NCBI GenBank assembly: GCA_047495785.1
Contig: JBLDXI010000033.1
Coordinates: 372,001-436,000 of the forward strand
Direction of reading: 5' to 3'
Length of the DNA stretch: 64,000 nucleotides
Source of the DNA: Lepidodermella squamata
Lineage: Eukaryota > Animalia > Gastrotricha
Positions 1-10,348 of this stretch are shown one piece after another; the first letter of the stretch is position 1, and each line of letters opens with the position of its first letter. The notes beneath the pieces are model-generated. The model saw only the letters and a list, made by a program, of their open reading frames with translations. It made no database searches and was not told the DNA's origin. A program made the position numbers and the translations under genes.

Positions 1-722
1 ACCTTATCCCCAGGCGTATGAATAAGCCCTCTTTGCTAAATACCCTTCACATCATAAAAGTACCGTGCCTTAATATGAATAAGTAATTACGGATGGCAAT
101 GTGTTTTTTACTAAGTATATGGTAAATACGTGTAGAGCTTAGGAATTCGCGCTCCAACCAAGAACACCTGCTTGAAAAGGGCAGTGATAAAAATAGCCTT
201 TAGATACATGCCCATATATAATATAATATAACATATAAAACATTATTGTCTTTATTTCAACATCTGCTTTTCGAATTTAAAATACCTACATCAGCATTTA
301 CAATGAAAATGTAGAAAGAAAGCGAGAGGAAAAGTCAATAAACGTGTATTGCGCACAGTCTCCGAAACCCCACGTATTCTATCGTGTAGGCCCGCCCTGA
401 AGAATAGAGAATAAATGCATGCTGATATTCTTAAAAACTTCGAAAAATCGCAAGTTCAAGCATTTCTGAAGTTTAGAAATCGAGCGCTTTGAGACCAATG
501 GCATGTATCTTTCCGTAAACTCCGAGCTATCAACAAATGATGGTTCCTCATAACGTCACAGCTGCAGTGTTATTTGCTTCCCGTGCCGCGGATGACTACT
601 CTCAGATGCAACAAAGCCGTATGCATAACGACTTGTTTGCGCAACTGATTGGGCTGCTTCCAACGGGAATCTCTGAAACTGAGCTGTCTTACATTTCTTA
701 AGTTTCGAAGATCGACATTGAG

Positions 723-1928
723 ATGGTTTTTGTTGTTTACAATTCACCCCTAGCATTGGCTGCAGCATTCCTCCTGCTGCCACAATGGCATTTCATTAAT
801 ATCCAAGCACAGCAAAATGATCTTCCAGGTCACAGTAGGCTCGCAGAGTTGTTGACAAACTGCAGCCACGTGATGCCACAATCCTATGTTCCGAACTGCA
901 TCGATAACATGTTCGATTTCGGAGTGGGGCCGCCAACATGCAGACTCACCAATGTTACAGCCCTCATGAATCTCGAGACTTTTTATGAAATCGACGAAGT
1001 TCAGGAGACGTGGACTGTCTCCGGATCATTGAGGACTAACTGGGACGTACCATGCTCCAATTTCTTTTGGCCCGGCCCTCAGTATATATTCTACGTCGAT
1101 GAAAGTTCGGTTTGGAGACCCAAGGTAAATCACAAAAATACGGTTACAAACTATGGAATGATGGATGGTTTTGCAAGCCGGATGTACTGCAAAATGACGC
1201 GAAACTACAGTTTAACGTTTGTTTGGCAGCGTTATGGTATCTTTTCTTCATCCTGCGCATTGAATCTGAGAAACTTCCCATTCGACCAACAAGAATGTTC
1301 TGTCATCTTAATGCTACAGGAGACTTACATGGGGGCTCGTTTCAATAACACGGTGCTTCATATTCAACCAGATTTCGTGAGGGATGGTCAAGGGTGGTCT
1401 TTTGTTAGAAGCAGCTCTAGGCTAGGCGTTATGGATATGGAAGGAAATCGAAGTGTCGCGATATTCAGTTTCACGTTCCATCGAAGGCCCGATTACTTCA
1501 TCTATAATCTGATGCTCCCAACTTTGTTCCTGGCCACCCTGGAATTATTCTCTATGCTCATGTCGCCCGAGTATCCGGATCGGCCAGTTTTTACCGTTAC
1601 AATTCTGCTAGCGGTGACCTTTATGCAGTCTCAAATTGACAGCAAGGTACCACCTAAACCCACTCGAATATTTTTGACAAACTACTGCGATGTTTGCGCT
1701 TTAATTTCCTGGTTCTGTACTGTTTACACCTTAGTAATGTGTGGTGTAACGAACGAAAATCGTTGGATGGCGGGAAAAATAGCTTTTTCAAACGTTTACT
1801 TCAGAAAGACCTTCAGAATGAGAAGAGCTCGGCTATTTGACATCCCTGCATTTTTTGCCTGTCTTCTATGCTTACTCATTTTAAATATTTACGCTTTTTC
1901 TGTTTCCAAGTTTATTGAGTCGGAATGA
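723..1928 (+). CDS. Divergent intronless Cys-loop pLGIC subunit (left clade, subfamily D1)
   Basis: Signal peptide; WRP loop A; Cys-loop CALNLRNFPFDQQEC; pre-M1 RRP; M2 PDRPVFTVTILLA; four TM helices; short M3-M4 loop; no vicinal CC. Confidence 0.93.
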   Translation: MVFVVYNSPLALAAAFLLLPQWHFINIQAQQNDLPGHSRLAELLTNCSHVMPQSYVPNCIDNMFDFGVGPPTCRLTNVTALMNLETFYEIDEVQETWTVSGSLRTNWDVPCSNFFWPGPQYIFYVDESSVWRPKVNHKNTVTNYGMMDGFASRMYCKMTRNYSLTFVWQRYGIFSSSCALNLRNFPFDQQECSVILMLQETYMGARFNNTVLHIQPDFVRDGQGWSFVRSSSRLGVMDMEGNRSVAIFSFTFHRRPDYFIYNLMLPTLFLATLELFSMLMSPEYPDRPVFTVTILLAVTFMQSQIDSKVPPKPTRIFLTNYCDVCALISWFCTVYTLVMCGVTNENRWMAGKIAFSNVYFRKTFRMRRARLFDIPAFFACLLCLLILNIYAFSVSKFIESE

Positions 1929-1960
1929 ATAAAGCTGTACGTAACGTGTCATAACTAAGA

Positions 1961-3083
1961 ATGATGAAAAATAAGCAAGCAATGTTGTTGGCGTTATGCA
2001 TCGTAGCAACAATAGCCACGTTTCCAGATTTTGCCTATGGATCTCTGCAATCTGGGCTGATTCCGAAAAGTGAGGCCGTTCTTTTCTGATTTATTTTGAA
2101 ACTCGCATACTGCCGTGTTATAGATTGTGGGGATCCACCTTTTTTAGAAAATGGGATTTATGAATTACCCGAAGAAGAAGCTTTGTGGAACCTTACTTGG
2201 TTTATCAAATGTTCAGATGGCGTCATTGCCTATGGACCAAACAAGACGGATTGTTTGACTAATGGTCGATGGTCCGCGGCTGGAGATTGCGTCGCCCCGT
2301 CAGATAACATGGATCAAGTAATTTTATAAAATTATGTTGAAAATTCGTCCAATTTTGAGCATTAAATAGGAATTGAACCTTCTCTACCTTGAGCTAAGTG
2401 ACGCCATCGGGAATGTTGATCTCGCCTCTACTAAAGAGCTCATTGCAGCTATTGATTCTGCCACGAATGGCACGTTCGATGCGGAATGGAGAGATCCACG
2501 GTCTATCAATGATTGTGAAGACGATGGTCCCATTGATTTTACTGTTTTGAATGCGACTTTTCTGGCTCGAGTGTCTTCCTGTTACGGCAACAGCTCAGCC
2601 CGCTACGAAATCGCTAAAATCCTGCTCGACAGAGGTGCCGAAGTTTCCAACTATGACAGCCACTGGGCTAGTCCGCCAATCGTAAGGGCAGCTGGCGGTG
2701 GCCATTATCAATTCGTTGAACTTATGCTGAATCGAGGAGCCCCTGTTGATGATCCCAATGTGCGAAGCCAGACAGCTCTCCTTTTAGCAGCAAGTTCAGG
2801 GCATCGCGACTTGGTTGAGCTCCTTCTAAACCGAGGAGCTCGCATCGATTCAGAAGACATTGATGGCAACTCGGCGCTATCTTTCGCAGCATGGAAAGGA
2901 CATACTCTTGTTGGGAAACTGTTGCTTGACCGTGGGGCTGATATGAATCACCGAAATAATCAGAGAGAGACTCCGTTGATGTTGGCTATTCGAGGGTCGC
3001 AGTTTGCTATGGCAGAGATGCTTATTAAACGAGGCGCGTCGACCGTTGGCTGCAGGCACTACATATGCAAGCCGCGCCCTTAG
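1961..3083 (+). CDS. Secreted Sushi/CCP + ankyrin-repeat protein (3 exons: 1961-2069, 2124-2317, 2370-3083; about 338 aa)
   Basis: Exon 1 encodes a signal peptide (MMKNKQAMLLALCIVATIATFPDFAYG). GT-AG introns of 54 and 52 bp join it in frame to a 4-Cys sushi domain (CGDPP..NG..C..C..GRWS..C) and then to about 5 ankyrin repeats (TALLLAASSGHRDLVELLLNRGA; TPLMLA). Confidence 0.8.
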
Positions 3084-3615
3084 AATGTTCCATGCCTTGC
3101 GCTGACTTTTTATGAAATCGACATTGCATGTTCCATGACGTGAATAATGTTCCCAATTTTTTTCTCCGCTGAACTACGCCCCGATGTTGCCAAGTTTGTT
3201 CTACCGCTCCCCCGACCCGAAATTATTCAACCGTTCGAACGCCGTTTGCGACCGCGAATAAACATTCGTGAATTAGCATAATATGTGTCAGCCGGGTTCG
3301 GTTCATGCTCATTGAAGGATACCACCGTTATTGTAATTTCACACGTTTGGCGCTAGGGAAAACATTTCTGCTGTAAAGTGAAAGTCTAGCTTCCCGAATT
3401 CTCAATTATCTTCAGCGAAGCGAGTCTCGAAGTCAACTCATGCAATCTTGAAGACTAAAGACTCTACATGTCCTAAGAATCCACCTAATATTTTCATTTT
3501 CATTGAAGTATTCGTTTTCGATTTCTTCCCTTGAATTTCCTGCCCCACTGTTTTCAAGACCGTTTAAATCATTCGATTGTGCAACAATGTAATTATAGCT
3601 GAATTTAATATTAAA

Positions 3616-4242
3616 ATGAAATCGCTTGTTTTGCTAACATTCGCCATCGCTGTTGGAGCCAGCAATACATTGGCTGCACAACCTATGAAAAGTCACAATT
3701 ATTTTCTATTACAAGCAGAGCGAGATTGTAGCGATGTCATGGTCGCATTGAACAGCTTCTTGCCGCAGTTCATTTCTTCGGGTGAAATGACAAAGGCCAG
3801 GGCTCAGAAAGTGCGAGACAACATTTTGGGCGAGTGTGACAGGAAGGTGAAAGCATACGCCAAAGAATTGATGAAATGTTACGAAAACGAAAACGATGAA
3901 AAAATAGAACAATGTCTAACAACTACGAGGATGAATCAATGGTACAGAACCAGCGGCCAATCTCCGATAGTGAAGATAAAACCAGAATGTGATCAACTAG
4001 CTCTAGCCGTCGAATCTTTTGATAACATGTTGGCTGAAAGCAATCGACCACATGCGAGGTTGGATCGTGCACGAAAGATAGCATTCACGCTTTCAGTTTT
4101 AAAGGCTTGCTACAGCAATGACTGGAACGAAAAGAAGGCAACTTGTCAGGGAAATGTTCATTGCGCTGCTCTTGGAGATGATGCTAAGAAACTGCTGAAT
4201 CCGATTCAAAGCGGCTTTTGGAGACGCAAATTTCTTCAATGA
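3616..4242 (+). CDS. Orphan secreted Cys-rich alpha-helical protein, paralog 1
   Basis: ATG at 3616 opens a signal peptide (MKSLVLLTFAIAVGA). Motif QAERDC..L.SF..VRDNILGEC..YA..L..C..CL is shared with the genes at 4830 and 6941. Confidence 0.75.
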   Translation: MKSLVLLTFAIAVGASNTLAAQPMKSHNYFLLQAERDCSDVMVALNSFLPQFISSGEMTKARAQKVRDNILGECDRKVKAYAKELMKCYENENDEKIEQCLTTTRMNQWYRTSGQSPIVKIKPECDQLALAVESFDNMLAESNRPHARLDRARKIAFTLSVLKACYSNDWNEKKATCQGNVHCAALGDDAKKLLNPIQSGFWRRKFLQ

Positions 4243-4829
4243 CGTTTTATTCGCCGCGAAATTTAAATCTAATAAATCTTTTATTTTATGAAATGCCTTG
4301 TAATAACACTTGCCTTTATAATTCTTCATTTGGTATCACGTATAATCAGTATAATCAGTCATGCATCACGTCATGTGGTTCTCATGTGGTTCTTAAGGCA
4401 TACTTCCGATGGGGACCGCGTATGTCCTTGATCCTTGATGGTTAGTAAGGTGTTTTACCCGAGCGTTGAATTTTTGATTTTGCCCCAAGGCAACCGCTTT
4501 TGATTTAGCATGACGACTTATCCCACGGCCTCGAGCTGATCGCCCGTCGCCGTCCCCAAAACCCGCATGGGTATTTCGAAATTTGTTGTACTTTTTGTCG
4601 TACTTTTATCCGAGCATCCACTGTCAATTTTAAAGTTGATGTATTAAATGCCGACTAGGTGCTGTAGAACTGACTTTTTTGGCTCTAACAAAATTCAGCC
4701 AATTTTTTTTTACCAATTCAACACATCCCGGGCATAGACTTCTGTTCTCCATGTTCCCAGGTTTATTCACAGGTTCGTTTGATATGCTAAGCTGAAAAAC
4801 AGTTGAGTATTTTTCATCGCTACAAAACA

Positions 4830-5564
4830 ATGTTATTACCAAGCCTCATTGTATCCGCTTCACTAGCTCTTGTCGCCGGATCATCTGCCGATTCCTATAC
4901 CGTTGAAGCGCGGCGAGACTGCAATGGGATATTGTACACTCTCCATTCGTTCTTTGCCGCTAACAAGCCGTTTGACCAGGCCACGCGTAGTCGAATCACG
5001 AATAATTTACTGCAAGAATGCTCCAAGAATTCTGAAGATTACGCCAAGAAGTTGGCGCAATGTAACGGGGACGACAAATGCCTGGAAACTGAGAGGACCG
5101 CATTTTTGTATGATACTTATATCTGGGAAGCGCAGCGAGAATGCTACAAGATCTTCGTAATCCTCGATTCGTTTTTCACTGCAAACAAAGTAGCCGAACC
5201 CGCCATCCGTAAACGAATCAGAGATAATATACTGCAAGAATGCTCCGGCAATGCCGCAGATTATGCCGAGAAACTGGAGCGATGCAGAGACCGAAGATGC
5301 CTGCAACGGGAGAGAACTGCATTCTTTAACCAGGAAGATCGCCAGATAGCTCTCGCCCTCACTCGAAATATCGAACTGGCGGATCAATGCTGGCATGTTG
5401 CAGGTTCCCTTGGTTCGTTTTACAAATCATTGGAGACATCGGGGAGGGCTCTCAGTACTAGGCGGAAGGTCGACATCACTGTACGAGTTTTGGCAGAGTG
5501 TGAGCATGCCGTTGATAAAAACCAGTCGCTAAATTCGGATATTTTCATGGGAGTTACATACTAA
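4830..5564 (+). CDS. Orphan secreted Cys-rich alpha-helical protein, paralog 2 (internal domain duplication)
   Basis: Signal peptide MLLPSLIVSASLALVAGSSA. Two tandem copies of Y..EA.R.C..I...L.SFF.ANK..RI..N.LQECS.N..DYA.KL..C...CL..ERTAF, then a C-terminal unit C..VA..LGSFYK.LETS..ALSTRRKV. Confidence 0.8.
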   Translation: MLLPSLIVSASLALVAGSSADSYTVEARRDCNGILYTLHSFFAANKPFDQATRSRITNNLLQECSKNSEDYAKKLAQCNGDDKCLETERTAFLYDTYIWEAQRECYKIFVILDSFFTANKVAEPAIRKRIRDNILQECSGNAADYAEKLERCRDRRCLQRERTAFFNQEDRQIALALTRNIELADQCWHVAGSLGSFYKSLETSGRALSTRRKVDITVRVLAECEHAVDKNQSLNSDIFMGVTY

Positions 5565-6292
5565 CAACAAAAAACTATCGAATTATTGGCACTGCCTTTC
5601 TATAATATGATCATGCTATGCATAGAGCACGTGTCTTTGGCCCTGTCTTATCTTTGATTTTCCCACCGAAAACTCTGCGTTCAATTCCGGCCCTGCCTTC
5701 TGCCTTTTATATACATATGTGAAGTCTTTGCAGTATTTACAAGCCAGAGTGAATTTTTTACACGAAAACCAGCAACTTTCCGTAGCTCGAATCAATAAAA
5801 TACACCCTGGTATGATTGAGACACGGCTTGGAAGAAATTATGAAGTAGTATTTTATTTTCCTAATTGGTTTCCTTAATTTGCCAATGCCTGAGGCTTATC
5901 TTGGGAGACTTTCTGTCAAGTGAAGTTTTCTACCTGGAGAAACCCAACATACCCGCGAGATAGCGGACTTGCAGATTTCAATTATCGGGTTCTGTTAACT
6001 CAAGATATAAAATAAAACAAAACATGGCCGTTAGCCGCCGCTGTAAGCTGTTATGCATCGTGACTCATGTTTCGTTTTCCAGCAATAGCCAATCGGCTAT
6101 TTTTCTCCTAGAAAGAGACTAGGTAAAACGAGAGGCTATATAAAAGAAGATAAAAATGTATACCTAAATTCAAAAGATCATATCAGTTGGTGTTGAAATT
6201 TTCCACGAGCCTGACTACGCATCTTCACAACTCATCTCTCTTCTTGCCCAGCTTTTTTAGCTTCATTGAAGGTCGGACCGGGGGTGTGGCGC

Positions 6293-6848
6293 TGGCAGAG
6301 GACATGGTAGAGCCAAAAAAGTACGCCCCACAGCACTCGGGGTGTGATTTTTTGAGTCCGGTCTGAAAAAAAGTTCACTTGGTCCGACTCTTTTTCGAAC
6401 GGTCTGAAAGCGTCATGTGCCGTGAATAGAGTGAAGACCAAGAAGACAGTGTTGCCAACATATCAAGTGAAAGGGGGTGGCTAGTGGCAAGTTCAGTTTA
6501 AATCTGAGTAAAATTCAACTTAAAATACCTGAGAATACCCGATATTATGTATTATGCCAACAATTTTTAGAAGTAAATGGTGTTGATATGATATGTCCAC
6601 ATCCGGGCTCCTTCCAACTAATTTGTGTTCATTTTCGGTTATTTCTGAGGTACTTTCAACTTTGAACTAACCAACCCCTTTCACTTGATATGTTGGCAAC
6701 ACTTCTTGGTATTCACCACATTCACGGCACGCTTTTAGACCGTTCGAAAAAGAGTCGGACCAAGTGAACTTTTTTTCAGACCGGACTCGAAAAAACACAC
6801 CCCGGGTGCTGTGGGGCGTACTTTTTGGCTCTACCATGTCCTCTGCCA
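6293..6848. mobile_element. Foldback/MITE-like element with about 190-bp inverted arms
   Basis: 6293-6485 (tggcagaggacatggtagagccaaaaaagtacgccccacagcac...gtgttgccaacatatcaagtgaaagggg) is the near-exact reverse complement of 6666-6848; AT-rich spacer of about 180 bp; no convincing TSD. Confidence 0.75.
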
Positions 6849-6940
6849 ACGCAACGCATAGCTAATTTTATTCAGTGGCTGGTCTCTGGTTTGGTATGTT
6901 AAGCTTGGTCTCAGTTGATTTTTTTCATCGCATCAAAACA

Positions 6941-7540
6941 ATGCTTTTACCAAGCCTCATTGCAACTGCATCACTAATTATCACCGCCAGAGCTGCTGCT
7001 GATTCCTATATCTTCGAAGCTCAGCGAGAATGCAACAAAATCTTCGTGATTCTCGATTCGTTCTTTGCCGGAAACAGAGTAACCGACCTGGCTACCCGTA
7101 GACGAATTACGGATAATTTACTGCGAGAATGCTCTAACAATGCTGCAGATTACGCCGATCTGTTAGAGCAATGTAAAAAGAACGAGACGTGTCTGGAAAC
7201 TGAGAGAACTACTTTCTATTACGAAAAGTATCCTGACAAAGGTATACTGTCTGGCAAATATAAAAATTTGAAACTGTCAGAACATTGCCGGCCCGTTGCT
7301 ACTGCCCTTGGTTCGTTTTACAAATTCTTGGAGACGTCGAAGAAAGCTCTCAGCACAAGGCGGAAGGTCGAAATTTCTGTGCGAATTCTGGGGAAATGTG
7401 AGCTTGCTGTTTCGACGGCGAAGAAAATGGAAGAAAAACCGTCGTGGCCTAAGTCGGATAAAGATATACTCACGGAAGTAATTAACGGCAGCGAACTATT
7501 TCCAAGTCAGATACAAATTCTGACTATAAATTTCCTGTAG
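6941..7540 (+). CDS. Orphan secreted Cys-rich alpha-helical protein, paralog 3
   Basis: Signal peptide MLLPSLIATASLIITARAAA; strongly similar to paralog 2 (EAQRECNKIFVILDSFF; LGSFYKFLETSKKALSTRRKV); doubled AATAAA just downstream. Confidence 0.8.
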   Translation: MLLPSLIATASLIITARAAADSYIFEAQRECNKIFVILDSFFAGNRVTDLATRRRITDNLLRECSNNAADYADLLEQCKKNETCLETERTTFYYEKYPDKGILSGKYKNLKLSEHCRPVATALGSFYKFLETSKKALSTRRKVEISVRILGKCELAVSTAKKMEEKPSWPKSDKDILTEVINGSELFPSQIQILTINFL

Positions 7541-7680
7541 CTCGAATTTACCCACCAATAAAGCACCAATAAAGCACCTATGTTTACAAATCGTTATACT
7601 GCGATGCTTCTATTTCATTATATGTTTGAGACGCAATTCAGCTAATTTTTTGTTGAATTGAGAAACGGACTTGAGAAATT

Positions 7681-8823
7681 ATGAAACTATCTCTTTTCCT
7701 ATTTCATTTAATTCAGATCGTCGCCACTCAAGAAGTTTACAATCAGAACAGAATGAATGAGATCCTTACGAATTGTTCTCATGTTTCCTTCGAGTCATAT
7801 GCCCCTCTTTGCGTTGATGGCGGCAACGTAAACACAGCAATCTGTAAGAGGACAAATGTAAGCCTCGTGTTGTCAATAGAAAGGTTCTCCAGCATCGACG
7901 ATGTCGAGGAAACCTTCACGTTTGCTGGTTCAATCCGCTTCCTATGGACTATTCCATGCACAGATTATACCTGGTCTCATGCTAGATGGACCTATCTGTG
8001 GCTCGAGTTGTTTTGGAAGCCGAGTATCAATCACAAGAACACGTTGACAAACTTCGCAATGACGGATGGCTTTACCAATCGATTTCTCGTAAAAATGACG
8101 AAAAACAACACCCTTGAGTTCAACTGGCAGAAATACGGCGCCTTTGTTAGTGCTTGTGATCTTCAATTCGCGAATTTCCCGTTCGACGAACAAAAATGCA
8201 TGGTCGAATTCCTCATTCTAGAAACCGAAAATTCTGCTGTTTATTCATCGGTAGAATATACTCTTAACCCTAAATTCATGTCGGATTCTGAAAACTGGAT
8301 GCTGAAAAATGTCAGCTTCACTTCAAGCATTGTCTATCTAGCGTCTGGAAATCGGAGCTATGTCGGTTTTTCATTCGAGTTTAAGCGGAAGCCCAACTTC
8401 TTCATTAACAGCCTTATGTTGCCCTACTTTTTACTGAGTGTGCTTAACCTCGCGTCTTTTTTCATTCCGCCAGCTTTACCTGATCGGCCAATTTTCTCAG
8501 TAACTATGTTACTTGCTTTAGCTTTCCTTCAGGGTCAGATTTTGATGTTTGTCCCATCCAAGCCTCAGAGAATGTTTCTGAGTAACTACACGGATTTGTG
8601 CATTCTTTTCTCGTGGGTAGTAACTCTTTACTCTCTTCTGAGTTGCGGGGTAATTGCAACCTGGGATAAATGGTCGAATGTTGAGGTTAGAGTGATTTGC
8701 TGGACTACAACTCGTTATCGCTTTGTTGAATACTTCATGGTTTTGGCTGCTATCGTTTTCATAATTTCGATAAATCTTTACGCAATTGGAGTAGCCGCGG
8801 CGTCTGGCTTCTTCTCAAACTAA
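7681..8823 (+). CDS. Divergent intronless Cys-loop pLGIC subunit (left clade)
   Basis: Cys-loop CDLQFANFPFDEQKC; loop C GNRS; M2 PDRPIFSVTMLLA; 4 TM. Confidence 0.93.
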   Translation: MKLSLFLFHLIQIVATQEVYNQNRMNEILTNCSHVSFESYAPLCVDGGNVNTAICKRTNVSLVLSIERFSSIDDVEETFTFAGSIRFLWTIPCTDYTWSHARWTYLWLELFWKPSINHKNTLTNFAMTDGFTNRFLVKMTKNNTLEFNWQKYGAFVSACDLQFANFPFDEQKCMVEFLILETENSAVYSSVEYTLNPKFMSDSENWMLKNVSFTSSIVYLASGNRSYVGFSFEFKRKPNFFINSLMLPYFLLSVLNLASFFIPPALPDRPIFSVTMLLALAFLQGQILMFVPSKPQRMFLSNYTDLCILFSWVVTLYSLLSCGVIATWDKWSNVEVRVICWTTTRYRFVEYFMVLAAIVFIISINLYAIGVAAASGFFSN

Positions 8824-8909
8824 TGATAAATAAACATCAAATCAAACACGAAATCCTTAGTTCATAAGACGTACCTATTCTTGTATTTGCTTCGCAAAAA
8901 TCCTTTCCT

Positions 8910-10040
8910 ATGAAATCTGGCCTTGAATTCTTAATTGCTGGATTTTTCATCATTTGTAACGGTCGATATATCTCGAGCGTGTCGAGGTCAGCTGATCTGC
9001 TTTCGCAATGCCCACATACCTCATTCGAAGCACATACCCCAACCTGTATCGAAGGGGGATCGATCAGGCATATGACTTGTAATACCACGTCAGTATCGAT
9101 AACTATCCAGTTAGACCGTTTCGTTGGAATCAAAGACGTTACCGAAGCCCTGTATCTCGACGGATCAATCCGTCTCCAATGGATTGTTCATTGCGGGGAC
9201 TATACGTATCCAAGAGTTCAATGGTTTTATTTGAATCGATATTTGTATTGGAAACCTAGCTTGAACCTGCTAAACGCGATAGAAGATAATTCGATGGAAT
9301 CAACATTTAATTCCCGTTTTCTGGTAAAAATGGTGAGGAATGAGACACTCGAGTTCAACTGGGTCCGTTACGGGTTGTTCTCCACAAGTTGCGAGCTATT
9401 CTTGAAGAATTTTCCTTTCGATGAACAAGCATGTCTCCTCCGTTTTGTCATTCAAGAGACCGAGAATTCTGCGGCGTTTGAATCAGTGAAATTCGAACCG
9501 ATCAGAAACAGCTTTCTACCAGACTCTGAGAATTGGATATTCAACGGTCTTAACGCATCATTAACTTCGATTTACCTGTCCAGTGGTAACAGAAGTTGTG
9601 CCGATATCGTTTTGAGGTTTAAGAGGCGGTCGGCTTTTTACATCGGAACGTATCTAATACCTGTCTTGTTCTTCACTTGTTTGAACATCGCTACGATATT
9701 CATCGACCCTATTTTCCCGGACAGAGCCTTTTTTGTTATCACTCTCTTCCTCGCTGTATGTTACCTGGATGCACAGCTTAAGAGCTTTCTTCCAAAGAAA
9801 CCTATGCCGACTTTGCTCGGTGGTTACATGGATGTTTGCGTTGAAATATCGGAGTTTTTCACGTTTTACACCTTACTCAGCTGTGGACTAATACAAAGGT
9901 TTCCGTCATGGTCACAGAAAATCAGCGCGATCTGGAAATTTGGTTCTTTAAGCAAAATTCGATGTTTGGATATGTTTGTCCTCGCCATATCTGTTGCGTT
10001 TTTTGTAATCTTTACCTGTAATACTTTCACAGTCTTATAG
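8910..10040 (+). CDS. Divergent intronless Cys-loop pLGIC subunit (left clade, subfamily D3)
   Basis: Cys-loop CELFLKNFPFDEQAC; M2 PDRAFFVITLFLA; paralog of 13292..14449. Confidence 0.93.
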   Translation: MKSGLEFLIAGFFIICNGRYISSVSRSADLLSQCPHTSFEAHTPTCIEGGSIRHMTCNTTSVSITIQLDRFVGIKDVTEALYLDGSIRLQWIVHCGDYTYPRVQWFYLNRYLYWKPSLNLLNAIEDNSMESTFNSRFLVKMVRNETLEFNWVRYGLFSTSCELFLKNFPFDEQACLLRFVIQETENSAAFESVKFEPIRNSFLPDSENWIFNGLNASLTSIYLSSGNRSCADIVLRFKRRSAFYIGTYLIPVLFFTCLNIATIFIDPIFPDRAFFVITLFLAVCYLDAQLKSFLPKKPMPTLLGGYMDVCVEISEFFTFYTLLSCGLIQRFPSWSQKISAIWKFGSLSKIRCLDMFVLAISVAFFVIFTCNTFTVL

Positions 10041-10348
10041 ATGTATATGAAATCGTTCGAAATAAATGCGAAGCGAATAATTATGCAAGTAATGATTTTT
10101 ATGCAACGACAGATGCACCTCTTACGTTTGATTCTATCTATATGAATACACATAAAAAACTCGAAAATATACTGATGGGAAACATACATCGAGCGATTCC
10201 GAAATTTTGAAACATCTCGTAACAGCTGCATACTAAACCGATATTTGTACTGTGTACTGGTTACTATTGTGAAGTTTACTCAGCTGTGCGGGCATGAGAT
10301 TGAATATTCAAATCTCAGCATATTACATCTAACCATACAAACGGAAAC

